Virus record (IMG/VR): IMGVR_UViG_3300025413_000002
Coordinates: 3,044-67,043 of that record
Source of the DNA: a virus
Reading direction: 5' to 3' (one strand)
DNA length: 64,000 nt
Of the stretch, positions 28,997-38,286 are shown piece by piece (position 1 is the first letter of the stretch; every line of letters starts with the position of its first letter). The notes under the pieces were generated by a model. The model was not told the DNA's origin. It did no database searches and was given only the letters and a program-made list of their open reading frames with translations. The translations under genes were made by a program, and so were the position numbers.

Positions 28997-31767
28997 TAAG
29001 TTCAATTTTTGGTGGCGGCGGTGGCGGTGGAAGTTCTCCAGCCCCTTCTCCTACTTCTCAAAATATTACTACATCTAATATTGCTCCATGGGCACAATCG
29101 GGTGTATCTGACCTTATTAATGCTGGTATGGGTCAAGTATTTCAAACTAATCCAGATGGTTCAATTAATACAAATGCAATTAAAGGCTATACACCGTTTA
29201 ATGCTAATACTCCTGCAGGGCAAGAATGGGTACAGGGTGCGGCGGGTAGCGTAGCTGGGTTCTCTCCACTTCAGCAACAAGCTCAACAAAACATTGCTAA
29301 CATGCAAGTGCCTGGTCAGTATGGTCAAGCTATGGATATGTCCACTATGTCTGGTCTTGGTTCTTTAGGCACTACTGGACAAGCTGCTGGCTATGGTGGT
29401 CTTGGTGCTATTGCTGGTCGTCAAGGGGAAATGGCTGGTATGTCTTATGGACAAAACGCTACAGACCCTAATGCCGTTGCTGCATATATGAACCCATACT
29501 TGCAAGCTACTTTAAACCCAGCGTTGCAGTTACAAGCACAACAGTTTGGCCAGATTAATGCGCAGAATCAAGGTCAAGCCACGCAACAGGGCGCATTTGG
29601 TGGTGGCCGCCAAGCCATTATGCAAGGATTAAACCAACAGAATCAAATGCTTGCACAGAATCAATTAGTTGGTAATGCTTATAACCAAGCGTACAACACA
29701 GCCAATCAAAATATGCAAAATGCAGCCAGTCTCGGTATGCAAGGTGCTGGTCTTGGTATTTCTGGTGCTCAAGCTGGTCTTGCTGGTGTTGGTGCACAAC
29801 AAGCTGGTTATGGTCAATTAGGTGCTCAAGGTACTAACCTTGCAAATATTGCTGGTGCTCAGACTCAACAAGGTCTTAATATCAATGCGGCTCAACAAGC
29901 TGCTGGTGCAACACAACAACAAAACCAACAGAATATTCTCAATCAAGCAATGGCCAACTACAATACGGCTCAGACTTACCCAATGACACAGTTGGCACAG
30001 TTAGAGTCTATGTACACTGGTGCTCCACAAAACATTACTTCATCTACATACTCTGCTGCTCCTAGCACTACATCTCAGTTAGCTGGTCTTGGTACCGCTG
30101 CTATTGGTGCATCTAAACTTATGTCCGCTGCTAAAAAAGGCGGATTACCAAAAGAGTTTGAGGTTAAGAAGTTTAAAGAAGGTAAAGAAGTTAAAGATGA
30201 CAATACGCAGGAATGGCTTGACATGCTTAATTTTTCTGCTAACGCCCCATCAGCTAAATATGTAGAAGGTTTAGGAATGCAAAACCCACCTCCTATGGTT
30301 AATGGCCGTGTAGGTGCAAACGTCGATGCTTTAGGTGGAAATATTCGTGCTGGTTTATCTGGCACAGCAATGATGACCCCCGATAAACGAATTGTAACTA
30401 AACCAGGGGCAGTAGATGTTGGGTATAGAACTGCACAAAATTCTGAATATGACCCATATCTAGACATGAATGCGTATAGGTCTATTAATGCAATTCCAGG
30501 AAAAGGATATGCTCAAGGTGTAAACGCTAAATATACAATACCCTTTGTTTCTGGTGGGATTGCAAGCGGTGTACCTGCAGCAAAATTAGATTATATGCTT
30601 GGTAGCTTAGATGACCAGCAGTTAGCTATGAAAGCCGACCCAAAACAAAATGACCCACAGACTTCACAGGCTGCACAAAGTGAACAAGCTTTCCGTGCAC
30701 AAATGCGCCCAGCAGGAATTGGTCAAAACTATAACTTTAATGCCGCTGGTGGTGGCATAGTTGCGTTTGCTGAAGGTGACCAAGTAAAAGGTGATAGTTC
30801 CGACATTAAGTCTTTGTTGCTACAAGAGTACAAAACTCCAATCGAAGAACAAATTGCTAAGAACAAAGCACTACTACCTAACACAGACTTTGCTACTAAA
30901 TATGGCGACATGTTAAGTAAAGTAGGTTATGACTTTGATGCTGATAAAAAGCAAGCTCAGGGTTTACGCTTACTCCAAGCTGGCTTAGGCATTATGGGTG
31001 GTACATCTCCATTTGCTGCAGCTAATATTGGACAAGGTTCACAAGCTGCATTACAAGGCTACGGTGAAGATATCAAGGGTATGAAGCAACAACAGATGGA
31101 CTTGGCCAAACAACAATTTGAACTTGGTAAGTTCGGTTACAATTCTGCTGCTGACCTTGTTAAAGCTGCTCAGACAGATAGAAAAGGCGTTCTTGCTGAC
31201 CTTACTAAAATTTACGGCGACGAGAAATCAGCTGAGGCTCACCTTAAAGCAGCTGAAATTTCTGCAGGTGCTACCGTACAGGCTGCAACAATTGGTGCCG
31301 AGAAAGCTAATGCTAAAGAGAAAGCCGGTATTCAGACTGAGTTTGATGCATTGGTTGCACAAGGCTACGACAAAGATAGCCCAATTACTAAGCAAATTGC
31401 ACAACAGAATTACTTTGCTGCAACCCGTCCTTATGGTGCCTCATCTATGGTTAGCGCTATTGGTCAACGTATTGCACAAGATGGACAAATTAAATCACTT
31501 AATACTCAGCTCCAAATTGCACAAATGAGTAACGATGCTGATAAAATTAAAACTATACAAGCACAGATTGCTGCTAGAACCCAGGCTATTCAACAGGAAG
31601 TTCAAAGTAATGCTGGAGCGGTTAAAGCGGGTAGTCCTACACCAGTAGTTACCCCTACTCCAATTCCTCCACCAGCCCCAGCTAAACCTGCTATACCTCC
31701 AGGTACTTTAAAACGAAACCCAGATGGTTCATTTAATTACGAACTAACTCCGCAAAATCCCCAATAG
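28984..31767 (+). CDS. Putative ejection (DNA pilot) protein
   Basis: MGG..GGGGG start, Q/G-rich, YMNPY and GAFGGGR motifs. Confidence 0.65.
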   Translation: MGGIVSSIFGGGGGGGSSPAPSPTSQNITTSNIAPWAQSGVSDLINAGMGQVFQTNPDGSINTNAIKGYTPFNANTPAGQEWVQGAAGSVAGFSPLQQQAQQNIANMQVPGQYGQAMDMSTMSGLGSLGTTGQAAGYGGLGAIAGRQGEMAGMSYGQNATDPNAVAAYMNPYLQATLNPALQLQAQQFGQINAQNQGQATQQGAFGGGRQAIMQGLNQQNQMLAQNQLVGNAYNQAYNTANQNMQNAASLGMQGAGLGISGAQAGLAGVGAQQAGYGQLGAQGTNLANIAGAQTQQGLNINAAQQAAGATQQQNQQNILNQAMANYNTAQTYPMTQLAQLESMYTGAPQNITSSTYSAAPSTTSQLAGLGTAAIGASKLMSAAKKGGLPKEFEVKKFKEGKEVKDDNTQEWLDMLNFSANAPSAKYVEGLGMQNPPPMVNGRVGANVDALGGNIRAGLSGTAMMTPDKRIVTKPGAVDVGYRTAQNSEYDPYLDMNAYRSINAIPGKGYAQGVNAKYTIPFVSGGIASGVPAAKLDYMLGSLDDQQLAMKADPKQNDPQTSQAAQSEQAFRAQMRPAGIGQNYNFNAAGGGIVAFAEGDQVKGDSSDIKSLLLQEYKTPIEEQIAKNKALLPNTDFATKYGDMLSKVGYDFDADKKQAQGLRLLQAGLGIMGGTSPFAAANIGQGSQAALQGYGEDIKGMKQQQMDLAKQQFELGKFGYNSAADLVKAAQTDRKGVLADLTKIYGDEKSAEAHLKAAEISAGATVQAATIGAEKANAKEKAGIQTEFDALVAQGYDKDSPITKQIAQQNYFAATRPYGASSMVSAIGQRIAQDGQIKSLNTQLQIAQMSNDADKIKTIQAQIAARTQAIQQEVQSNAGAVKAGSPTPVVTPTPIPPPAPAKPAIPPGTLKRNPDGSFNYELTPQNPQ

Positions 31768-31784
31768 TTAGGTAAAATACAACG

Positions 31785-34700
31785 ATGCCAGTCGTAAATA
31801 TACCTAATGTTGGGGCGGTAAACTTTCCTGATTCCATGTCCCAGGCGGATATTCTTTCCGCTATTCAAAATGACATACTGCCTAATTACGTTAATAAGCA
31901 AGCGCAGGAAGAACAACAGACTCAAGCACCTGCACAGCAAGCACCTACTGAAGGATATGGCTTAGCAAGCGCATTTAAAGATGTAATTAGCGCCCCTGGC
32001 GATGTGCTCTCCCCAAGCCAAGCAACTTTGGGCGCTGGTGAAAAAGGTATAGTTAATGCAAAACAAGCGGTATCTAACGCACAGCTTGCACAACTCATAA
32101 ACAACCAAGCTGCCGATAAAGAACAATACGGCGAATATTATGAGCGTGCTCCTAAAAGTGAACTAGAAAAAATTAGTGCCCGCGATAAAACTATAGAAGA
32201 TAAAATTCAAAACCTTGCTGAGTTTGGTTTAGAACGTAAAGCTATTGAAGAAAAACGTGGAGTAAACCCTTTAACTAAAACGTTAGGTAATCTACGAGGT
32301 AGTGAAGAATATAAAGCCGCAGATAGCTTTGACCAATTAAAAATGATTGGTAACGCAATGTGGGATAAAAGAGGCGACTTACCTGGATATGTGGGTGGGG
32401 TTGCTTTAGAATCTTTACCTGCTACAGTACCAACAATAGTAGCTGCTATGGCCGCAAGATTTGGTGGTTTTGGTCCTAAGGGCGCCGCAATTATGGGTGG
32501 TAGTGGTTCAGCGTTAACTGAATTTGGTAATCAATATGCTGAACTACGTGCAGAAGGTATGGACCATAAAGAAGCTTGGGAAAAAGCTGGAGTTAAATCT
32601 GCTGTTATCGGTTTGTTTGATGCGGCTTCTTTTAAATCCGCTGGTAATTCAGCAGGTGAGCTACTTAAAAATGTTGAAAAAGGTTTTATAAAAGAAGCGG
32701 CTAAAGAAACAGGTAAAGAAGTTGGCGTACAAGCACTATATGGTATGGCTGGTGAAGCTTTAGGTTCTGTAGCTATTAATCAAAAAATAGACCCGCTTGA
32801 TGTTCTTGAAGAAGGTATTGGTGAGATTGCTGGTGCTCCGCTTGAGGCTACTAGTACATTTAAATTTAAACAACAAGAAGCTGTTGAAGCTGCTAATAAA
32901 CCAACGCCACCTCCAGTAGTTAACCCCCCTGCACCACCAGCCGGCCCACAAATTACTACTGCAGTAGGTACGCCTATTGTTGCAGCACCGTTAGATACTG
33001 CGGAAAAACAAATAGCTGCTAAAGCAGCTGCACCTATTACACCAACAACTACACCAGATGTTGAAGAACAAGCTAAAGCAAAATCAGTTGAACTTGGAAT
33101 ACCTTTAGAAGATGCACGTAAATTAGTTGGCGCACCAGCAGTTGCGGCTCCAGTATCTACAGTTAACGCAATCAACACCGGCAACCCAGAATTAGATACA
33201 ATAGCTAATAAGCTCAAGGCAAAATATAACTTGTCTAACGAAAGAGCAATTAAGCAGGCTACGGAAGTAGTACGCCAACAGAATATAGTAAATCAAGGAG
33301 TCCAAAATGGACGAACACAGCCGAGTACTGGAGTTGACGCCGGAATTAATCAGCCAAGCGTTTCTGTGCCTCAAGCTGGACTTCAGCCCACCGGAGGAGT
33401 TACGACATCTCAACCTGCAGGATTGGCAAGCACTATCGGAACTACTGGAGTCCCTGGAGTACGAGCAGAAGCTGTGCAAGCGGCTGAACCAAGTGCATTA
33501 AGTACCGTACCCCAAAACATAATTGATTTACATGCTAAATCAGTTGCAGCAGATGAAGCAAATAAAGTATCTTCTACTCCAGCTAATAAACGAAATGCTA
33601 CTATGGCGGCTAGGCGTCTTGGTGAAGCTAAAGCAGCCCAGTTAGGATTAACTTATGAAGATTATTTAAAAGAATCAAACCCACAAGCAATCCGTGCTTT
33701 AGATGATGCAGTAGCCAGCCAATATAATCAGTTACAAGAAACTCCAGCTGCTGTAGCCCCAGAAGTAATACCTGCACCAACCGCAACTAAAGGTAAACGT
33801 ACTGGCCGACCACGTGTAGAGTTAACTTATGAACAACAAGCTGAAAAGAAACAAGCTAAAGCCGCTCAGACTAAAGATTGGAAAGCAGCTACTAAAACTG
33901 TACAAGCAGCTATAGAAACTCTTGATACACCTGAGCCTATTAGAGATAACTTTGCAACTCAAGATGCTTATTTAGATGCAGGTGTTCAGCATAGAGCAAG
34001 ACGCAACCAGGCCCTAGATACTTTGCATGAGATTTCTAAAGGTCAACAACGAGATAGCAAACCAGGTAAGGCTGCTAAAGAAGCTTTGTCTCATCCGTCT
34101 GTTACTACTCAAGAACAAGCTAACCTTCAACAGCGTATAGAAATTAAAAAGAAAGCTGCAGCCACAGCGGGTAAACCATCTAAGTCTGAAACTTCTGGTA
34201 CACCAGATTCTAAATATTATTCATTTGATAATGCTAGCCAAGCTATTAACTACATAGCTAATAATGGTACTTTATTTGAACGATTCTTGGCTAAGCGTTT
34301 AAGACCTTTCCTTAAGGGTGTAAACCTTATAGTAGTAAATGCAGCCAATGAAGTGCCTGAGAGTCTTCGCACTAACTTTAAAGGTGCTAACGGTCTTTAT
34401 GCAGCAACAGAATTAAATGGTAAGTCGTATAGAACTATTTACCTACGTGGCGAATCCTTTGGCAACTCTACAGATTTTCAAGGCGTAAACAACACAGTAT
34501 TCCTACACGAAGCTCTGCATGCTGCAGTCAATGCTCGTATTGACGAGTGGAGAAGCCTGTTAGAAGAAGGCAAAGAAATACCACAAAAGCTTGGCGATGC
34601 TATCAATGGTTTGATGGATGTAATGCGTAATGCAAGTCGTGAGTATGCTTACCAAACCTTAACAGGCACAATTAATGTTGACCCACGTGTTGCACAGCTA

Positions 34701-37700
34701 TTTACCAGCGAAGCTGAAGGTGGTATTCAGATTTATGACGACCTTAAAGAGTTTGTAGCGTATGGTCTAACTGAAGACTCTATGCAGCAGTTCTTGTTCC
34801 AAATCAAAGGCGAGATTGTTCCTAATCAGCCTGGTAGATTTAGGTCTTTATTTAATCGCTTTGTACGTTCAATCCGTGATTTGTTTGACATGGATGACTC
34901 ACACCAGTCTGCGTTGCAGGATTTAATTGTACTTACAGAAGGTTTGCTTAAATACGATACCGAACTGCAAGAAGCACCGCAAGTAAGTGCTGCACGACAA
35001 AAGAAAGCTAAGGCTCAAAAGCTAGACCAAGATACTAAAAAGGTTATGCGTAGTCAAAATATTCACGATATTGCTGAAGGCTTTGGCGGTTGGGTAAAAG
35101 ATGGTCATGACTTTGGTGATTTAGTTGATTTATTAAAAGCTAGATTTAAAGGCATGACTGAGGATGCTATTAAAACTACGCTTATGACTTTACGTACATC
35201 TGACATTATTCGTTGGATGGGGGATAAAATTGCTGGCCTAAAAGAAATTGATGAGTTTACTCAAAAAATGGCTGCGATGAGAACTAATATGCTTGAAGCA
35301 TATGCAGCTAAAGCTGACCAGCTAGCTAAGTTTATTGTAAGTAACAAAGGTAGTGACAAGATTCTTGGTAACGCTATGCACCTTGCACGCCTTAAAGGTG
35401 TTACACCAGATGCGCATGCTACCGCTATCGAAGCCGCTAACAATGACCCCAAAGTTATTGAATTAACAAAGTTAATAGAAGACCCAGCTACTCCTGCAGA
35501 AAAGATATCTAATCTAACAGGGCAAAGAACCCGTCGTAAAAATGATATTCAAATTGTTTATGACGCTTGGACACAGCTAGGTAAGATTGAAGGCGGCCAC
35601 GAGATGTATAAAATGGTACGTCAGTTCTACAAAGATAACTTTAACTTGCAACGCCACTACTTAGACGAGCGCATTGAACGCCTACAAGAGTTGCCTGGTG
35701 ATGTTAAAGATGAAAAGACTCCTAAAGGCCAGCTCATGGCTGAGATTCGCAAGATGCAGGAGAAGGATGCTATACAAGAATACTTCCCATTAATGCGTCA
35801 TGGTCCAGCTTGGTTCCGTGAATCTGGTACAGATGGTGGTTTTATTTTATTTGATGAACCATGGCAGCGTGAGTTGTATGCAATCAAACGTGCTAAAGAA
35901 TTAGGTAAGCCTGTTGAAGAGTTGTTTAAAGACTTAACCTTTACTTCTGGTAATGATATAGCTTCTCTAAGAAATACTAATCAAAGAGAAAGCACCATGT
36001 TGAAAAACATGTTTGAAATCATTGATAAGGCTAACTTAGATGAAATTTCTTCTGAAGATTTAAAAGACTCGTTATATCAAACTTGGTTAACAACTCTGCC
36101 AGAAGCAAGTATTCGCAAGCAGTTTATGCATGCAGAAAATGTATCTGGTTTTAGTGCCGATATCTTCCGCAACTTTACTGAATCTGCTAACCGTATGGCT
36201 AGCCAGACCCCACGCCTCAAGTATGCAGACCAAATGCAAACTGAGATTACTCGTGCTAGAGATAGTCTTGCAGGTGACCCGGACCAAGCCAAGTTAGGTT
36301 TGTTTATTGATACTGTTGGTGGCCGTGCAATGGAGCAGCTAAACCCACCAAGCCCTAATCAACTAGCTTCTATAGCTACAAGATACGCATACTATATGTT
36401 ATTGACTGGTGCTGGTTCTGCTGCTGTACAGTTAGTTGCTGTTCCAGTTATGATTTACCCAGTATTGGGTGCACGTTATGGCTATGCTAGAGCCTCACTT
36501 AAGTTTGCTGCTTATTCAAACATTCTAGGTAGCATGGGTGTCAACATTAAAGAGACACCAGAAACAATTCGTGGGTACCACATACCTAGCGTAACTGTAT
36601 CTGTAGCTGATTCTTCACGTATTAAAAACAGCAAGACTTTATCTGCAGCATATCAAGCACTTAAAGAGCGTGGCTTGTTTGCCTTTACTGAAAACAATCT
36701 TCTTTCCCAGCGGGGTCGTACCCCATTAAATGCAACTCTTAGCGGGCCTAAGAAAGCATTACGTATGACTGCCAATATTATGTCTGGTTTGTTTAGTGGT
36801 GCAGAACGTGTTAGTCGTGAGATTGCTGCGATGATGGCGTTTGAAATGCACTACGATAAGACTAAGAACTTTGAAGAGTCTGTTGAAAAAGCTATTGCTG
36901 CTGTGCAAGATAACATGGGTCGCTACGATGCTATGGAAAGACCAGAGTTATTTAAGAAGTTACCAGTTATTTCCCAGTTCAAAATGTACGCAGCAAACAT
37001 GACTTCTTTCTTTGTTCGCCATGCGTATAACTCAACTAAAGTAATTAGTGACCCTAAGTTAGCCTTTGAAAGCATGAAGATTTTAACCGGCGTTTTGATG
37101 ATGGGCGCTATGTTCCATGGATTAAAAGGTATGCCACTCTATAGCGTTGTAGGTGCAGTTGTTGAAGCGCTTAGCGACTTGGGTGATGACGACGAAGAGA
37201 AGCGTAGAAAACGTGCTAGAAATCCGCTAGTTGCACAGAATGCTGACTTGCGTTTCCGTGAGTTTTTAAATGATAACTTTGGTCCTGTTATGGGAGACGT
37301 ACTTTACAGCGGCCCTATATCTTCTCTTACCGATATTAATATTGGTGCTAAGACTTCGTTTGATAACTTGTGGTTCCGTGGCGGCAAACCAGCTAAGACT
37401 AACCAGGAAGCATTTAATAACTTTGTATTAGCCAATATTGGCCCAGCAGTATCAGGTATTCTTGGTCAGACTGGTGCATTAGACGACTTTGAAAATGGGC
37501 ATATTGAACGTGGCCTAGAGAAGATGTTACCTGCGTTCTTCAAAAACCCACTAGTAGCTGGACGTCTTGCAACTGAAGGCGCTAAGACTAAGGGTGGCGA
37601 TACCATTATTAAGAAAGAAGATGTAACTGCGGCTAACGTAATCGCACAAGCTGCGGGCTTTGCTCCTACTAAGTTGGCTCGTCAACAAGAAGTTGGCTTT

Positions 37701-38003
37701 GAGTTAAAAGGTGAATATGTCAAAGCTGAGCAAGAAAGAACTCAGATTCTGCAGCGCCTAACCGACTCTGTCTTAAACAAAGATTTTGGTGGTGGTCAGA
37801 AAGATGTACAGCCTGTTATCAATCAAATCCGTCAGTTTAACAAACGCTACCCAATGGATAAGGTAATGATTGACGGCGATGCTATCCAAAATACTTTGGA
37901 TTCAGCATTAGAAGCTAGGGCACGCACATATAAGGGCGTACGTATTCCAACCGAAGCTATGATTCCTTACTTTGTTCCTGTCTTAAATCAGGGCAAGAAA
38001 TAA
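31785..38003 (+). CDS. Very large internal virion / polyvalent protein with a zincin motif
   Basis: 2072 aa, last late gene, FLHEALH followed by EFVAYG, helical C-terminal half with YFPLMRHG. Confidence 0.7.
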   Translation: MPVVNIPNVGAVNFPDSMSQADILSAIQNDILPNYVNKQAQEEQQTQAPAQQAPTEGYGLASAFKDVISAPGDVLSPSQATLGAGEKGIVNAKQAVSNAQLAQLINNQAADKEQYGEYYERAPKSELEKISARDKTIEDKIQNLAEFGLERKAIEEKRGVNPLTKTLGNLRGSEEYKAADSFDQLKMIGNAMWDKRGDLPGYVGGVALESLPATVPTIVAAMAARFGGFGPKGAAIMGGSGSALTEFGNQYAELRAEGMDHKEAWEKAGVKSAVIGLFDAASFKSAGNSAGELLKNVEKGFIKEAAKETGKEVGVQALYGMAGEALGSVAINQKIDPLDVLEEGIGEIAGAPLEATSTFKFKQQEAVEAANKPTPPPVVNPPAPPAGPQITTAVGTPIVAAPLDTAEKQIAAKAAAPITPTTTPDVEEQAKAKSVELGIPLEDARKLVGAPAVAAPVSTVNAINTGNPELDTIANKLKAKYNLSNERAIKQATEVVRQQNIVNQGVQNGRTQPSTGVDAGINQPSVSVPQAGLQPTGGVTTSQPAGLASTIGTTGVPGVRAEAVQAAEPSALSTVPQNIIDLHAKSVAADEANKVSSTPANKRNATMAARRLGEAKAAQLGLTYEDYLKESNPQAIRALDDAVASQYNQLQETPAAVAPEVIPAPTATKGKRTGRPRVELTYEQQAEKKQAKAAQTKDWKAATKTVQAAIETLDTPEPIRDNFATQDAYLDAGVQHRARRNQALDTLHEISKGQQRDSKPGKAAKEALSHPSVTTQEQANLQQRIEIKKKAAATAGKPSKSETSGTPDSKYYSFDNASQAINYIANNGTLFERFLAKRLRPFLKGVNLIVVNAANEVPESLRTNFKGANGLYAATELNGKSYRTIYLRGESFGNSTDFQGVNNTVFLHEALHAAVNARIDEWRSLLEEGKEIPQKLGDAINGLMDVMRNASREYAYQTLTGTINVDPRVAQLFTSEAEGGIQIYDDLKEFVAYGLTEDSMQQFLFQIKGEIVPNQPGRFRSLFNRFVRSIRDLFDMDDSHQSALQDLIVLTEGLLKYDTELQEAPQVSAARQKKAKAQKLDQDTKKVMRSQNIHDIAEGFGGWVKDGHDFGDLVDLLKARFKGMTEDAIKTTLMTLRTSDIIRWMGDKIAGLKEIDEFTQKMAAMRTNMLEAYAAKADQLAKFIVSNKGSDKILGNAMHLARLKGVTPDAHATAIEAANNDPKVIELTKLIEDPATPAEKISNLTGQRTRRKNDIQIVYDAWTQLGKIEGGHEMYKMVRQFYKDNFNLQRHYLDERIERLQELPGDVKDEKTPKGQLMAEIRKMQEKDAIQEYFPLMRHGPAWFRESGTDGGFILFDEPWQRELYAIKRAKELGKPVEELFKDLTFTSGNDIASLRNTNQRESTMLKNMFEIIDKANLDEISSEDLKDSLYQTWLTTLPEASIRKQFMHAENVSGFSADIFRNFTESANRMASQTPRLKYADQMQTEITRARDSLAGDPDQAKLGLFIDTVGGRAMEQLNPPSPNQLASIATRYAYYMLLTGAGSAAVQLVAVPVMIYPVLGARYGYARASLKFAAYSNILGSMGVNIKETPETIRGYHIPSVTVSVADSSRIKNSKTLSAAYQALKERGLFAFTENNLLSQRGRTPLNATLSGPKKALRMTANIMSGLFSGAERVSREIAAMMAFEMHYDKTKNFEESVEKAIAAVQDNMGRYDAMERPELFKKLPVISQFKMYAANMTSFFVRHAYNSTKVISDPKLAFESMKILTGVLMMGAMFHGLKGMPLYSVVGAVVEALSDLGDDDEEKRRKRARNPLVAQNADLRFREFLNDNFGPVMGDVLYSGPISSLTDINIGAKTSFDNLWFRGGKPAKTNQEAFNNFVLANIGPAVSGILGQTGALDDFENGHIERGLEKMLPAFFKNPLVAGRLATEGAKTKGGDTIIKKEDVTAANVIAQAAGFAPTKLARQQEVGFELKGEYVKAEQERTQILQRLTDSVLNKDFGGGQKDVQPVINQIRQFNKRYPMDKVMIDGDAIQNTLDSALEARARTYKGVRIPTEAMIPYFVPVLNQGKK

Positions 38004-38030
38004 AAAATCCCCGCACTAGGCGGGGACAAA
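38002..38030 (-). terminator. Terminator between convergent units
   Basis: TCCCCGC-actag-GCGGGGA with an A run on the left, giving a U tract on the minus strand. Confidence 0.75.
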
Positions 38031-38091
38031 GAGGGGAGGAAGGAGCTTTCTTCCAAGGAAAAGCAGACGTGGTCTGCCCTTGCAGTATAAC

Positions 38092-38286
38092 TCAAATCCT
38101 CCAGACACGAATACCTCTGATGCTATCTTCGATGCTAACCTTCATCAAAACTGGCATCTGCAATCTTTTTGCGGTGCGAGCTATATCCTGCTTAGCTTGC
38201 ATGCAATTCAAGCAAGGAACAAAGAAAGACGTCCCCGGCTTGAAGTTTTTCCAATTAATGTTGTAGCTCAGTTTCCCTACTAGCAT
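38092..38286 (-). CDS. Small protein downstream of the primase gene
   Basis: INWKNFKPGTSFFVPC...GIRVWRI. Confidence 0.65.
   Translation of the reverse strand: MLVGKLSYNINWKNFKPGTSFFVPCLNCMQAKQDIARTAKRLQMPVLMKVSIEDSIRGIRVWRI

Noticed and set aside
47-38000. Many minus-strand and alternate-frame ORFs in the track overlapping late genes
   Set aside because: Shadow ORFs of biased coding sequence with no SD or recognisable motifs
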